Shown here in pieces: positions 27,896 to 41,899 of a stretch of 64,000 nucleotides of DNA. The notes under the pieces are model-generated. The model was not told where the DNA came from. It made no database searches and was given only the letters and a program-made list of their open reading frames with translations. Source of the DNA: Eledone cirrhosa (taxonomy: Eukaryota). The position numbers and the translations under genes are program-made. Every line of letters starts with the position of its first letter. The first letter of the stretch is position 1. The DNA lies in contig OZ024747.1 in NCBI GenBank assembly GCA_964016885.1, positions 76,880,001 to 76,944,000 of the forward strand, written 5' to 3'.

Positions 27896-28512
27896 GTATA
27901 TGGAAGGGATATATTAGGTTAACGCTTGATATAATCATCTCTGTTTTATAGCTATTTTCCATGTATGAATATGAATATATCCACATACACCCCACGTCCA
28001 TCCACCACACACACACACACACACACACATATATGTGTATATATATGTGTGTATATATATATGTGTGTATATATATATGTGTGTATATATGATGAGATAT
28101 ATATATAGGCACACACACACAACACACAGATGTTCATAGGCATGCATTCTCACATTTCCACTTACATACATGTAGTTAGAAACAAACACACACATACACA
28201 CAGACAGACACACAAAACAGGAAAGCTGTAAGCCCTCCCCCCTCCATCTCTAAATATTTTCTACAATAGTAATCAAATTGAAGCTGTCAGCTGTCCAATA
28301 TGTCAAAGTTTGAAATTTAATCATCCCTGCAAGTTAAGACAGCAAGACCAAACAAGTAGGAATATTTATGTTACACGTGAAGTGAAGATAACTATACTCT
28401 GGCACTTCACAACAGCCACGGTGAGTTACACCTTTTTGTCAGACTACAGTCGCTTTCAAAATATATATACTTTTAAACACCATTGTTATATTTATATATT
28501 TCTATATTTCAG

Positions 28513-28705
28513 TGAAGGTGTGTGGCCTAGTGGTTAGAGAATTGGATTCACAATCTTGAGGTTATGAGTTCGTTTCCCAGACCATGTGATGTGTTATGTC
28601 GTTGACCAAGACACTTTATTTCACGTTGCTCCTTCTACCTGGAGTTGCGACTGATAGATAGTATTACCAATTGGAAAGACCAATTTGACGAAAGTCGATC
28701 GCTCC
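28513..28705 (+). mobile_element. tRNA-derived CORE-like SINE, third tail type
   Basis: GAAGGTGTGTGGCCTAGTGGTTAGAG head; homologous to 49269-49487. Confidence 0.8.
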
Positions 28706-28729
28706 TTTATTATTTTTTATATATTTCAG

Positions 28730-28862
28730 TCACCGAGGTTAACATATGTTGATGTCCTAAGAACAGACACAGGTCTCTTGGAGACGCAGGACATGGCAGC
28801 GATAATGAGGGACAGAGACCGCTGGAGAGAACTCGTCCACGGATCTCGGGAACTTTACCCGC
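28730..28862 (+). mobile_element. RTE-like LINE C-terminal fragment
   Basis: PRLTYVDVLRTDTGL...MRDRDRWRELV resembles the extreme C-terminus of an RTE ORF. Confidence 0.55.
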
Positions 28863-29341
28863 CCAAGATATTTCAGTCCACCCTGTAAAGTGGTCATGTT
28901 GGTGACACAACAAATAGAGCCCAGTCCACACTTGTAAGGTGGTTGTGCTGATGACATGACAAAAAGTGCCTAGTCCAACCTGTCAATTGGTCGTTTTGGT
29001 GCCATGATAAAACACACCCAGTCCACACTAAATGTGGTTGGAATTAGGAATGGCATCCAGCTGTAGAAACCAAGCCAGAAACAGTTCTATATAAGCAAGA
29101 GACAGTCATCTAATCTGACTTGTCCCACAACGGGACAACTTGTCTAACCCATGCTAGTATGGAAAAATGGACGTTAAAGGGTGGTGGTGGTGGTGATAAC
29201 ATCCATTTTCCCAACTAATAAGAGTTGGACTGGTCATTACAGTACTTAGCCAGAGCCACTGTCCTCTCAGATAAGGTGGGGACATCTTAGATGTGCTCCC
29301 AGTACAATACAGAGTGTACTGGGTGTCTTTTATCAATTTAA

Positions 29342-29835
29342 GAATGAAGGAGAGGCGGTTTTCCTCTGTCTGGTGGCTATGGCGAAAGAGGTAATATGGT
29401 GGATGAGGACTGAGGGCAAACACCTGCTTTCTCTCCGGACAACAGCTCACCCCCTTCTTTAAGTTGCACTTCAGAAGGAAGGTGAGAGTGGAGAGAGAGG
29501 TGCTACACCTCAGTAAATTCACTGAAAGGTGGGTGAATGTGGCGAAAATGGCCCCAGTGAATGGGCCTTCCCTGTATATAAACCTGTAGGTTGAGGAAGA
29601 TAAACAGAGGGAAGATGGGAACACCTACAAAACGTATTCCTGGTGTTGAGGGTTGTTCTATCCATGGGGTGTAAAACAACCCTGCAATAACGCCCCCCCT
29701 ATGGGGATTTCAATTGCTTTATTTTATATATAGTTTATTGTCATTCATCATTGTTAAAGATTTTATGTAACCCCTCCCCCTGCTGTCACGTCTTGTAATG
29801 TCCCATTTTTGTATGCCCCTGTGGCAAATAAAGAT
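29342..29835 (+). mobile_element. L1/Tx1-like LINE 3' fragment
   Basis: Reads AVFLCLVAMAKEVIWWMR...FFKLHFRRKVRVEREVL..KFTERWVNVA (ORF2 C-terminal AK..IW..R and F..RW pattern), then a 3' UTR with AATAAA near 29827. Confidence 0.6.
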
Positions 29836-30479
29836 ATCTCTCTATCTCTCTCTCTATCTATCTCTCTATCCATTTCCAGAATGACACAATCATAATGTTT
29901 GTGAGTTCTAATGCTGTGATCTTGCCAATAAAACCATCCATGGTGATGTTGGTGGTTGCTAGGGATTTAGGAATGGTGGTAGACGGTTGCTAGGGGATAC
30001 CAGGGTTGATAATAGTTGCTGTTGCTAGGGGATATAACAGTACATGGCAAGGGACAGTTGCATGTGTGTGTGTGTGTGTGAATGCAGATAGAAAATAGAA
30101 GAGCAGTGAGTCCGACAGAGAGAGGGGAAGAGTGTGTGGGAGTCAGTGAGAGGGAGAGAGGGGGAGAGAGACAAAGAAAGATAAAAGTGAATAGATTCAG
30201 GTAGTGACAATGAGGGAGGGAGAGAATGAAAGGGTTGTAGGTGGAGATAAACAGACAAAGAGGAGAGAGAGAGAGAGAGAGAGAAGGGAGGTAGACAGAA
30301 GTCAATGATGGGAGAGAGAGAGAGAGAGGGAGAGGTAGACAGAAGTGATGGGAGAGAGAGAGAGAGAGAGAGAGGTAGACAGAAGTGATGGGAGAGACTG
30401 GAGAGATTATAGTTGCCAGGCAAGCTGTACTTAGTGTAGAAATTAGACATATGATAATATATGTATTGGATATGTGTGG

Positions 30480-30910
30480 TGGGGGTGGGGGTGTGATGGG
30501 GATGAAGGTGGGGTAATGGTCATGGTGAAGGTAGTGGTGATGATAGTGATAGTGGTGGTGGTGGTGGGGGTGATGATACTGGTGGGGTGATAGTGATAGT
30601 GGTGGTCATGGTGAAGGTAGTGGTGATGATGGGGATAGTGCTGGTGGTGGTGGTAGTGGTGGTAGTTGTGATGATGGTGAAGGTGTTGGTGGTGATGGTG
30701 GTGGGGTGATAGTGATAGTGGTTGTGGTGATGGTGATGATGATGGTGCTGGTGATTGTGTTGTGGTGATGGTGGTGCTGGTTCTGGTGATAGTGATGATG
30801 AAGGTGATGCTGGTGAAGGTGGTGGTGATGATGGTGGTTGTAGTGAGGGTGACATACTGGTGAGGATGTTGTTGATGTTGGTGATGATGGTAGTTTTGGT
30901 GAGGGTGGTG
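30480..30910. repeat. (GGT/GAT)n low-complexity tract
   Basis: Direct inspection. Confidence 0.9.
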
Positions 30911-31978
30911 AAAGAACAAGCTACACAGCTGGGTCATTTTTATTTTTTCATAGTTTAGCCCTAGGTCATCCCTGGTCCAGCAGACCTGCCTATGATCAAA
31001 ACATTTCCAGTCATCTATTGTTCAATGTACCTTAAACATATCTTTAAAGATAGGATGTGGCTTGAAGGAGATTTAGCTGCTATTCTTAGCAGGTCAAGCA
31101 ACCATAGACTCCCTTGACTTGACGTGTATCTCTTCTTAGGGCATCAAGTATCTAGGACTACATTAATTAATGTTCCATTAGATTTGAGGATAATTTGACT
31201 GCAATATTTCTACAAGTTAAGAGGCTCTTTCATTGGCTTTTGTGGGCTACATGTCAGCAAGGGGCCAATCACTGGTCGACTGAATTTACCAAGGTGACTA
31301 TAACAAGGGAGTGTTTGGGAAAACTAGGGCAGAAAAATACAACATGGCATTCTTTTTTCAGAAGCATTGGTTTATCAGTTTTCTCACAAGTATGTATATC
31401 TTTTGCTAAAATGTATGTATGGACCCGAAACACTTGATGGAGTCATAGTAACACCGAGTGACACACAGGGCTTCTTGGCTATTTTAAACTTGGTGGTATA
31501 TTAAAAATGTATTATTCTTTTACTGGTTATAGTCATTAGACTTCAACTATAACAGCTGATCATCCTCATTACATTTGGTTTTAGCTTGATATCACATGCT
31601 GTGTTTATGTCCAAAAACTTTGATAAAGAAAATAAGTGCCAGACCCTTTCAAGATGGTGCCCCAGCATTGCCATTGGCACCGACATGAATGACTTAAATC
31701 CTTCGAAGGTCATACCCCAGCATGGTCATTGCCAATTGATTGAAAACAGTAAATGAATAAATACACATACACAAAATGCCACTCACAGCAGTTCAAACCA
31801 TACATATACACACACAGACACACACACACAAACAATTATACAGACTAGGAAAGCTGGGGAATTTAATCAATCTCACAACCCAAGCAGCCAGTTAGCAATT
31901 CATCAGACATATATATGTCACTTAGCAACTCACAAATAACAAACTTTCTACATATTTCTAACAACCTCACTATTTGGA

Positions 31979-32013
<35 letters not shown>

Positions 32014-32016
<3 letters not shown>

Positions 32017-32198
32017 CGAAGGAGTTGTGGTAAGGAACCAGATGGACCATAACGCCCCAGAGTACTCAATACTTAGTGTAGTAGAGTGGGTAATAGGAAA
32101 AAGTATGACCCCGACGGCAGAGCTCAAGCCGTTTCGACAGCTATTTCCAGAAATAGCTGTCGAAACGGCTTGAGCTCTGCTGTCGGGTCATACTTTTT

Positions 32199-32202
<4 letters not shown>
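32014..32202. mobile_element. Penelope-like relic with terminal palindrome (half-hammerhead family)
   Basis: Inverted arms of about 52 bp at 32095-32202. The same family occurs at 18535-18580, 32315-32445 and 59757-59960. Confidence 0.65.
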
Positions 32203-32232
<30 letters not shown>

Positions 32233-32873
32233 GTCTAACCCTTGCTAGCGTGGAAGATGGACTTTCAACAATGATGATGATGATGATGATGATATATATA
32301 TATATATAAACGGCCGGATCTAGCTGTCAAAACGGTCAGACCTCAGCCGTCGGGTCCTGACTCTTTTCATATTACCCACTCTACTACCCTAAGTATCGAG
32401 TACTCTGGTAGGTTATGGTCCACCTGGTATTTTACCATACTCTATCTGATATATACATATATATATAATTTAACGGCTGTTTTTCAAAGGGTGGTGTGGG
32501 TCATCATAGACAAAGTCAGTAATCAAAGTGACTGTCCCCTTCATGGTCTGTTTTTGGCATGGTTTCTACAACTGGATACCCTTCTTAATGTCAACTATCT
32601 AACAGAGTGTACTGGGTACAATTCCTCATGGCACCAGCACCAGGGAGGTTGTCATGTCCTTGATACAAATGAAGAGTCCTTTCAATCCTATGATTGGACA
32701 CATTAATGGCGACATCTTTTCAGAGAGGACTGCGTATATTTTACTTGTCTTTCTCTCTGTGCCCAGAATAAGATCAACCTGACAAGTTTCAGTGTTTTGG
32801 ACACTTCAACAGAGTTCAGCCACTCACTTCAGTCTGCTTTACTTTGTATAACTGTTCAAATGTTGGCAATGTA

Positions 32874-33129
32874 CAGTGCTGGACTTACCGATAATCTCAA
32901 TAAACTATAGATTAGGGCCACACACCTTCAGGGACCTCATTTCAAAAATGTTTTTTTTTATTTTATTATTTGTTTTTATTCTTTAACACTAAAGCATAAA
33001 AAAATTATCTATATATTATTTATTGTTTATCATGAACATTAATATAAAAAAATAATAATTACATCCTTTTACAGAAGGGCCACACATATCATATAGTTTA
33101 GGGCCTCAGCTGGTGAAAGTCTGGCCCTG
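32874..33129. mobile_element. Degenerate hAT-like MITE
   Basis: CAGTGCTGGACTT ... AAGTCTGGCCCTG termini with internal AGGGCC motifs; no target duplication recognisable. Confidence 0.45.
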
Positions 33130-33606
33130 GAAATAAGTATTGGTTAACACAAATACCACAGGGCAAAAATATGGTAGAGATATAATTTAGGCTTATTGCT
33201 GTGCTGTGTAAACACATTTTTAGCCTGAGTGTGAAAAGTAAATACCAATGGTTAAATCACGTTTTTTCTCTCACATTTGGTTTGTTTGGAGCATGTAAAA
33301 GTATGATATACGTTATCTGATGTTCACCTACTTTTGGTATTTTAAGATATTTCAACAGAAATGTTTAATTCATGACAACAAAAATGTTAAATATGAGATA
33401 CACATTACTAAAAAAAATATCTCTTGGTTTGTTTGGAATGTGTAACAGTTATAATACAAGGCTAGCTCAACAAAATATTTCCACAAAAGTTCTTTTTTCT
33501 AACTTACCAAGAAAACATGAAGTCGACCTAAACTTTGAAAGCCAATGCTCTATCGACAACCATTTTGATATGACACTCGGGGTGCAAACTTCTAAACCAC
33601 CATTTA

Positions 33607-33821
33607 CTATATATACTCAAATATAAGCTAATATGAATATAAGCCAACCCCTTATTTTATGTTTTAGAAGTGGGCAAAAATCCAAACCCTATTTATGTAG
33701 AATTTAAAGTAGGTGAAAATTGTCAAAATATTGACACTGAAATATAAGCTGACTCCCTTTCTACCATCGATTTTTTTTTGGGGGGTCACATATTCCTTGG
33801 CTTATATTTAAGTATATATGG
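33607..33821. mobile_element. pogo/Tc2-like MITE
   Basis: TA|CTATATATACTCAAATATAAGC ... GCTTATATTTAAGTATATATGG|TA. Confidence 0.65.
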
Positions 33822-35171
33822 TAACTCTTTCTAGTCTCATGACCTTACAACCTGTCTAACTTATGCAAGCATGGAAAATAGATGTTAACTGATGATGATG
33901 ATCATATTTATCATAAAATACATTGAATTGTTTCAATTAATATGGAAAATAAAAAATTTGGGAGGTTTTAATTTAGATATGAACACTTTAAAATGGCCAG
34001 TTTTATCACAGAACCAAATGGGTTGGTATTGAAAGGGTTAAGTGCTAGTAAACCCCCAAATTCAAAAATAACAAGCATACACCTACTAAATATATGACAA
34101 GGAACTTAAAGATCCTAGAAAATTACCTACCCCACCTCGGCAATAAAATCTTTTCTGATAGTTGTTATACAGATTTTTCTGAATTCAACAATACCTGATA
34201 GAACTCCATATTGATTCAAAGATATGTTATATATGGGACTGTGACATGAAGTAGTGGCATTGAAATTCCCCTTGACCTTAAGATCCAAAAGACACTTCAT
34301 GTATTGTGATATAGGGCTGTAACATCAGGCAATGGTACTACTAAATACAACCTTAGATAGTATTGCTATTCACCTTCACCCTAAATAAAATCCAAAGGAC
34401 TTGGAATTCTTATGGCTCCCTATTATTCTATGTTCTCAGAAATTTCTAATCAAAGTCATTTACAAACCTCCCCAGTACTGACAAGGCTCTCCTAGATTTC
34501 CTTGACTCAATAATTTTCATAAAATTGCATGAGTTTGGTGCAAAATCTGTTATAATTTCCTATTAACAAAGTTATTAACAATTTGAAATATGGCGTATGT
34601 TTCCACCCACTATGTACAGTGCCAAGCTTAATAATCCTCGCAGCACTTAATATTGACAAAAACCTTTTATTACAACTCAGCAATGAATTGTGGATTAACA
34701 CTAGAGATGCAAACAACTTAATGTACCAATGACAGGAGTTATCTGTTGAATATCTCAGAGAAAGTAATTCCTTCCACTAAATGTTCAATATTATATCTTC
34801 TACAATTGTTACAAATACCTTTGGCTTTCTATCTGTTATACCTGTAGGAGACTTTAAAATACATACAGTCAAGGTTGATACGAGATTGGTGTTGAAATAT
34901 TTTATCAAGGATCTTCCAACAAGATCTAGAGCATGGAGGCTATTAATAGGTTCAACAACAGAAATATTTATCTACTTTAAAGCTTTTATGGCCATATTTT
35001 TCATGATATTTCATTTAGTTGGAGAATTTTGAGGGATTTACTAAAATTATTAATTATTTCATTACTAAGATTGTAACTTAATGTATAGTTCTTATATAAA
35101 ATGATTGGGTCTGTTAATGCAAATATTTATAGTGTCTTTACTAGAGAACAGATTACTGTGAGTATTAGAGT

Positions 35172-35692
35172 AAATGTTGGTGCCACAACATCCAGGCCGA
35201 AACAAATGAGATTGTGTAGGTGTCACGACAAAAAAACACATAGTCCACGCTGTAATGTGGCCGTGTAGGCAACACGATAAAAACCTCCCAGCCCCACACT
35301 GTAAATGTGGTTGGTGTTAGGAAGGGCATCCAGCTGTAGAAAACCCGCCAGACAGTCCACGCTGTAATGTGGCCGCGTAGGCAACACGGTAAAAACCTCC
35401 CAGCCCCACACTGTAAATGTGTTTGGTGTTAGGAAGGGCATCCAGCTGTAGAAAACCCGCCAGACAGTCCACGCTGTAATGTGGCCGTGTAGGCAACACG
35501 GTAAAAACCTCCCAGCCCCACACTGTAAATGTGGTTGGTGTTAGGAAGGGCATCCAGCTGTAGAAAACCCACCAGACAGTCCTATGCGAGCAATGACAAC
35601 CACTCTTGCCTCAAGTGGGAAAACTCCCGTCCAAACCCATGCAAGCGTGGAACATGGACGTTAAACGATGATGATGATGATGATGATGATGA
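35172..35692 (+). mobile_element. RTE 3' UTR fragment with internal 112-bp triplication
   Basis: GTCCACGCTGTAATG units start at 35243, 35355 and 35467; (GAT)n tail. Confidence 0.9.
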
Positions 35693-36014
35693 CTTGGATT
35701 TTTGATGTGATAATGCAGTCAAAAAGATGTTTTATACATTTTAAGATTGTCTTGCCACTGCTGAAGGACAGTGCAGTGCATTACTCCTGGAAGGTGCACA
35801 AATCCTTGTCATCTGCAGTTAACAGCTAATGAAGAGAATGTCCTGCAGTACAAGCTGTACATAAAATATATACAATACATATATATATGTTCCAGGGTCC
35901 TGTCACTCCTGAAGGTGTTGTATTGATATACAGTGTTTCTAGGGCAGCAACTCTCCAGCTCTGAATACAGCAGATTTCTTCCAGACAAGGATAGAGAGTG
36001 AGAAAGAGATATAG

Positions 36015-36312
36015 AGGAAGAATCGACCCCAGTACTAGACTGGTATTTTTTTTTATTGACCTCCAATGGATGAAAGGCAAAGTTGATGTCAGCCGGATTT
36101 GATCTCAGAGAAACAAATAATGCAAAACATTTTATCTGACGTTCTAACCACTCTACCATTCTATCTGACATTCTAACCACTCTACCATTCTATCTGACAT
36201 TCTAACCACTCTACCATTCTATCTGACGTTCTCACCACTCTACCATTCTATCTGACGTTCTCACCACTCTACCGTTCTATCTGATGTTCTAATGACTGCC
36301 AATTTGCCGCCA
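36015..36312 (-). mobile_element. Nin-like SINE with head expanded into a 29-bp tandem repeat
   Basis: GATGAAAGGCAAAGTTGA domain; TCTGACATTCTAACCACTCTACCATTCTA repeated 5-6 times at 36135-36292. Confidence 0.7.
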
Positions 36313-37369
36313 TTCACATGTATATACACACATGCAAACACAAATAATTGTTGTCTGGTAAACAATAAAATATAAACAGGAACATCTTAATAAATTTCAA
36401 CATTTTAAACATGGCTGCTGCATTTCTATTATCTATAATACTACACTGCTAACGTCTACTTATATAATACTAATAACTAAATCAAAAATATAATCTATTA
36501 CACACAAAAAAACACATTTTATATTGTTCATAAAACAATTGACTGATAATCTATGGAACAACATTAGAGATATAATCAATATTAGATTTGACATATTTAT
36601 ATTATACTTAAGATATTTGTCTGACAAATAAATAGTTTTAATAACTCTATATACTTGAATATAAACTGAGGAACATACAACCAAAAAATAAATGGTAAAA
36701 TGTGTGTGTGTGTGTGGGGGGGGGGTCTGTTTATATTCGGGGTTAATATTTTGACTGTTTTCACCAACTTCACAAACTTGGAGGGATTATTTCCCAATGA
36801 AACAGTACACATAGTACTGATGGAGAATGATAGACTGGCAGAATACAGGTGCATATGAAGATATATATAAATATATATAATACATTTATATACAATAAAC
36901 ATATGGGTAGCCTTTGCTCCTGAAGAAAAATATTTTACCATAACGAAACGAAACGAAACAAAAAATATTTTCCTCTATGAATATATCAGAGTTGCCAGTA
37001 TATTCTGAAAGTGTCAAACAATGTTGTTTCAAGATTTGTTAATCATTCATAAATGACATCCACTCAAAACATCATGTAACAGCAGAGGAGGTATAACAAC
37101 ATCTTGACAAATGTTGATGTTTGCTCTATATACTATAATAAGTCTGTATTGCATTATAGTAGAGAGGTGGAGGAGGAGGGGGAAATGGGGAAATACATGA
37201 AACTGGGAGGTTAAATGACTGAGCCAGGATTATGAATCATTGGGTTGTAATGTTTTCAAGGGATATGATTTGTTGAAATACCGGTTCCAGGTTGTCTAGG
37301 TAAGGGGCAACAGATTGTAAGGGAAAGTTGAGCCCTGATTGAAGCCAAATGATAGGAAAGGAAATAACA

Positions 37370-37893
37370 GAGATAAGATGAATGAGAGAGAAAGGGAGGA
37401 AGAGAGAAGGAAAGGGAGAGAGAAAGAAGGGGAATTAATCAATTAAAGGGCTAAGAGAAGCCGGAAGCTATGAATAAAAAGGGAAAAAAGAAACAATTGA
37501 AAGAAAATCACAATTGAAAGGATTAATATGATATGGGGGGGGGGGGAGAATATAGATAATGTGAGGAGAGAGGAGATGTGTGTGGAGATGAGGGAGAATA
37601 GTTGGGGAGACAGATGTGTGTGGAAATGAGGAGAATATAGATGATGTGAGGAGATGAGGGGATGTGTGGAAAAGAGGGTAAAATATAGAAAATGTGGATA
37701 GAGGAAATCTGTGTGGAAAAGAGGGAGAATATAGATGTCAAAATTATGGTAAAAATTAAGAGGAGAGAGAAAGAGAGATAGGGTGAAAGAAAAGGGAGAG
37801 AGAGAGAGATAGAGTAAAAGAAAAGGAGAGAGAGAGAGATAGAGATAGGGCGAAAGAAAAGGGAGAGAGAGAGAGATAGGGTGAAAGAAAAGG

Positions 37894-37925
<32 letters not shown>

Positions 37926-39335
37926 TAGGGTGAAAGAAAAGGGAGAGAGAGATAGAGAGATAGGGTGAAAGAAATGGGAGAGAGAGAGATAGGGTGAAAG
38001 AAGAGAGATAGAGAGAGATAGGGTGAAAGAAATGGGATAGAGAGAGATAGAGAGATAGGGTGAAAGAAAAGGGAGAGAAAGAAGTGAAGAGGGAGAGGAG
38101 AGAAGGAAAAGAGTTAAAACCGATTGAGATTGAGTAAAGGAAAAACAGATGTGATAATTGTAAACTAGAGAAAGAGATTGGAAGATGAAGAAGATATATA
38201 GAAAGATAAGGTTTAGAGATAGGATAAGAGAGAGAGGAGAGAGAGAGATGGAGAGAGAGAGAGAAGAATGAAATAAAAGCAAGGTGAAAGATATATGTAT
38301 AAAATAGAGAAAAATAGATGTGATGAGGTTTAGAGAAGACAGAGAGACGAGAAATATGAGGTGAGTGAGAGAAAAATTGATGTGATGGGATTTACAGAAG
38401 GTGAAAGAAAGGTAGAATTAGAGATGAAGAAGAGCTGAAATAGAGAAAGATAGAGAAGTGGTAGAGTGTAGAGAGTGAGAGGGAGAGAGAGGGGGAAGGA
38501 TGGAGAGAGGGAGGGAAAGATAGAAAGAGTGAGGAAAGATAGAGAGTGGGAGGGAAGGATGGAGAGTGAGAGATGATAAACACAGAAAGAAAGAGGGGCA
38601 AAGGATAGAGAGAGAGATAGTGTTAGAGAGTGTTAGAGATAGAGAGAAAGATAGAGAGTGTGTTAGAGATAGAGAGAGTGTGTTAGAGATAGAGAGAGTG
38701 TGTTAGAGATAGAGAGAGTGTTAGAGATAGAGAGAGTGTGTTAGAGATAGAGAGAGTGTGTTAGAGATAGAGAGAGTGTGTTAGAGATAGAGAGAGAGTT
38801 AGAGATAGAGAGAGTGTGTTAGAGATAGAGAGTGTGTTAGAGATAGAGAGAGTGTTAGAGATAGAGAGATAGTGTTAGAGATAGAGAGATAGTGTTAGAG
38901 AGAGTGTTAGAGATAGAGAGAGAGTGTTAGAGATAGAGAGAGTGTTAGAGATAGAGAGAGTGTGTTAGAGATAGAGAGAGTGTGTGAGATAGAGAGAGTG
39001 TTAGAGATAGAGAGATAGTGTTAGAGATAGAGAGAGTGTGTGAGATAGAGAGAGTGTTAGAGATAGAGAGATAGTGTTAGAGATAGAGAGATAGTGTTAG
39101 AGATAGAGAGAGTGTGTGAGATAGAGAGAGTGTTAGAGATAGAGAGATAGTGTTAGAGATAGAGAGATAGTGTTAGAGAGAGTGTTAGAGATAGAGAGAT
39201 AGTGTTAGAGATAGAGAGAGAGAGAGTTAGAGATAGAGAGAGAGTTAGAGATAGAGAGAGTGTGTTAGAGATAGAGAGAGTGTTAGAGCGATAGAGAGAG
39301 ATAGTGTTAGAGATAGAGAGAGAGTGTGATAGAGA
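37370..39335. repeat. Purine-rich (GA)n region including a TGTTAGAGATAGAGAGAG minisatellite (38615-39325)
   Basis: Direct inspection. Confidence 0.9.
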
Positions 39336-39449
39336 GTGCAGCAGCTGTGAGCAGACAGCTGAGGAAGACAAGAGTTCCCGCTCAACAACAACAACAACAA
39401 CAACAACACTGTTGCTAGGTTTAAGTAAATCTGGCGCGGTACTTGGTTT

Positions 39450-41085
39450 ATGGTGATGGTGGTGATCTAGAGGCAGTGGTGGTGATGGTGGAGATGGTGG
39501 TGGAGGTGGTGGTGGTGATGGTAATGGTGTTGGGGGTGGGGGTGGAGAGGTGGAGGTGGTGATGGTGGTGGTGAGGCTGCTGCTGCTGCATCTCCAGGAA
39601 ATCTAGAGACAGTGATGATGGTGGCGGTGGTGATAGTGTTCCAGATCTAGACAAAGTAATGATGGTGGTGGTGATGGGGGTGGTGGTGGTGATGGTAGAG
39701 GTGGTGATGGTGGAGGTGGTGGTAGTGGTGGTATAGGTGGTGGTGGTGGAGGTAGTGGTGATGGTGGTGGTGATGGTGCTGGTAGAGGTGGTGGTAGAGA
39801 TGGTGGTAGTGGTGGTGTAGGTAGTGGTGGTAGTGGTGGTGTTGGTGATGGTGGTAGTGGTGGTGTAGGTGGTGGTGGTGGTGGTGATGGTGGTGGTGAT
39901 GGTGCTGGTAGAGGTGGTGGTAGAGGTGGTGGTAGTGGTGGTGTTGGTGATGGTGGTAGTGGTGGTGTAGGTGGTGGTGGTGGTGGTGGTGGTGGAGGTA
40001 GTGGTGATGGTGGTGGTGGTGGAGGTAGTGGTGATGGTGGTGGTGATGGTGCTGGTAGAGGTGGTGGTAGAGGTGGTGGTAGTGGTGGTGTAGGTAGTGG
40101 TGGTAGTGGTGGTGTTGGTGATGGTGGTAGTGGTGGTGTAGGTGGTGGTGGTGGTGGTGGTGGTGGAGGTAGTGGTGATGGTGGTGGTGATGGTGCTGGT
40201 AGAGGTGGTGATGGTGGAGGTGGTGGTAGTGGTGGTGTAGGTAGTGGTGGTGTAGGTGGTGGTGGTAGTGGTGGTGGTGGTGGTGGTGGAGGTAGTGGTG
40301 ATGGTGGTGGTGATGGTGCTGGTAGAGGTGGTGGTAGAGGTGGTGGTAGTGGTGGTGTAGGTAGTGGTGGTAGTGGTGGTGTTGGTGATGGTGGTAGTGG
40401 TGGTGTAGGTGGTGGTGGTAGTGGTGGTGGTGGTGGTGGTGGAGGTAGTGGTGATGGTGGTGGTGATGGTGCTGGTAGAGGTGGTGGTAGAGGTGGTGAT
40501 GGTGGAGGTGGTGGTAGTGATGGTGTAGGTAGTGGTGGTGGTGATGGGGTTCAATGAACATTGGCCTATATGATTGATGGCCTAATCTGAAGGGTGAAAT
40601 TTACCTTTCATCTCTTCAGAATCAATAAAATACAATGGTCGATTATATAGCCTGATGCTCATAGGTATCATCATCATCACCATCATCCTCACCACCACAA
40701 TCATCATCGTAATCACCATCATCATCCCCATCACCATCACCATCACCAACATCATCATGATCATCACCATCACCATCACCACCAACATCATCATGATCAC
40801 CATCACCATCAACATCATCATGATCATCACCATCACCATCATCACCAACATCATGATCATCACCATCATCACCAACATCATCATGATCATCACCACCACC
40901 ATCATCATCCCCATCACCATCAACATCCTCACCACCACCACCATCATCTTCATCATCACCATCATCATCCCCATCACCATCACCCTCATCACCACCACCA
41001 TCATCATCCCCATCACCACCATACCATCACCACCAACATCCTCATCACCACCACCATCATCATCACCATCACCATCATCATCATC
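39450..41085. repeat. (GGT)n-rich tract followed by an opposite-polarity (CAT/CAC)n tract
   Basis: 39450-40550 is G/T-rich and 40667-41085 is C/A-rich. Confidence 0.9.
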
Positions 41086-41765
41086 GTCCCCGTTTTTACA
41101 TTGACATTTCCATGCTGTCATTCGATGGGAATATTTGAGGCAATGTTTTACAGACAGCTGCACTTTTAGTCACTTCTTACTACAAGTAGGGATTTGGTGT
41201 ACCTACACTCGGGTCCCAAATAATAGGGTGGGGATAGGAAAATAGGGAATTTTTCTAGGTTGATGGAGGCAGTGACAGTGGGAGTTTGGTTCCTTTGTGT
41301 TCGGACCTATGTTTCAGTGACACTCACACTGAGACACATCATCATAAGTTAGTGACTGTAAATACATCTAATCTGTTGAAAATACTGCAAATATATGAAA
41401 TTATTTAATTAAATTATGGTTAAGCTATCTTCAAGTAAAGATGATGATGATGATGATGCTAAAGAGATAAAGTTATTTTAGATAAGTTGTTAATTTGAAT
41501 CATGAAATTGTAAAAATGCAGGGTATTTACTAAGGCGAATATTGAGCTGTCTTAATGTTGTAGAAGTCTTTATAAAAAGATCTAGGTTCAATTCTATGGT
41601 ATGGCAGCATGAGTCAGTATCTACTACTAAGATTCAGGTAGACAAATACTTTGTTAGTTAAATTTATATGATGGAAACTGTGTTTAAGTTCACTACATGC
41701 ACATTATATACATACTCACACATATACATATATAATTTTATATTATTATAATATTATGAGTTGGT

Positions 41766-41819
<54 letters not shown>

Positions 41820-41845
41820 ACCAACTCATAATATTATAATAATAT

Positions 41846-41898
<53 letters not shown>

Positions 41899-41899
<1 letters not shown>

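Noticed and set aside
34140-35060. Ancient LINE RT remnant or exon
   Set aside because: Non-repetitive, but no convincing motif or open frame could be read by eye
36300-37150. 3' UTR of a host gene
   Set aside because: Composition is suggestive only; no linked terminal coding exon was found
39448-40561. Mucin-like poly-Thr or His-rich protein
   Set aside because: Triplet-repeat tract open in several frames with no splice or domain support
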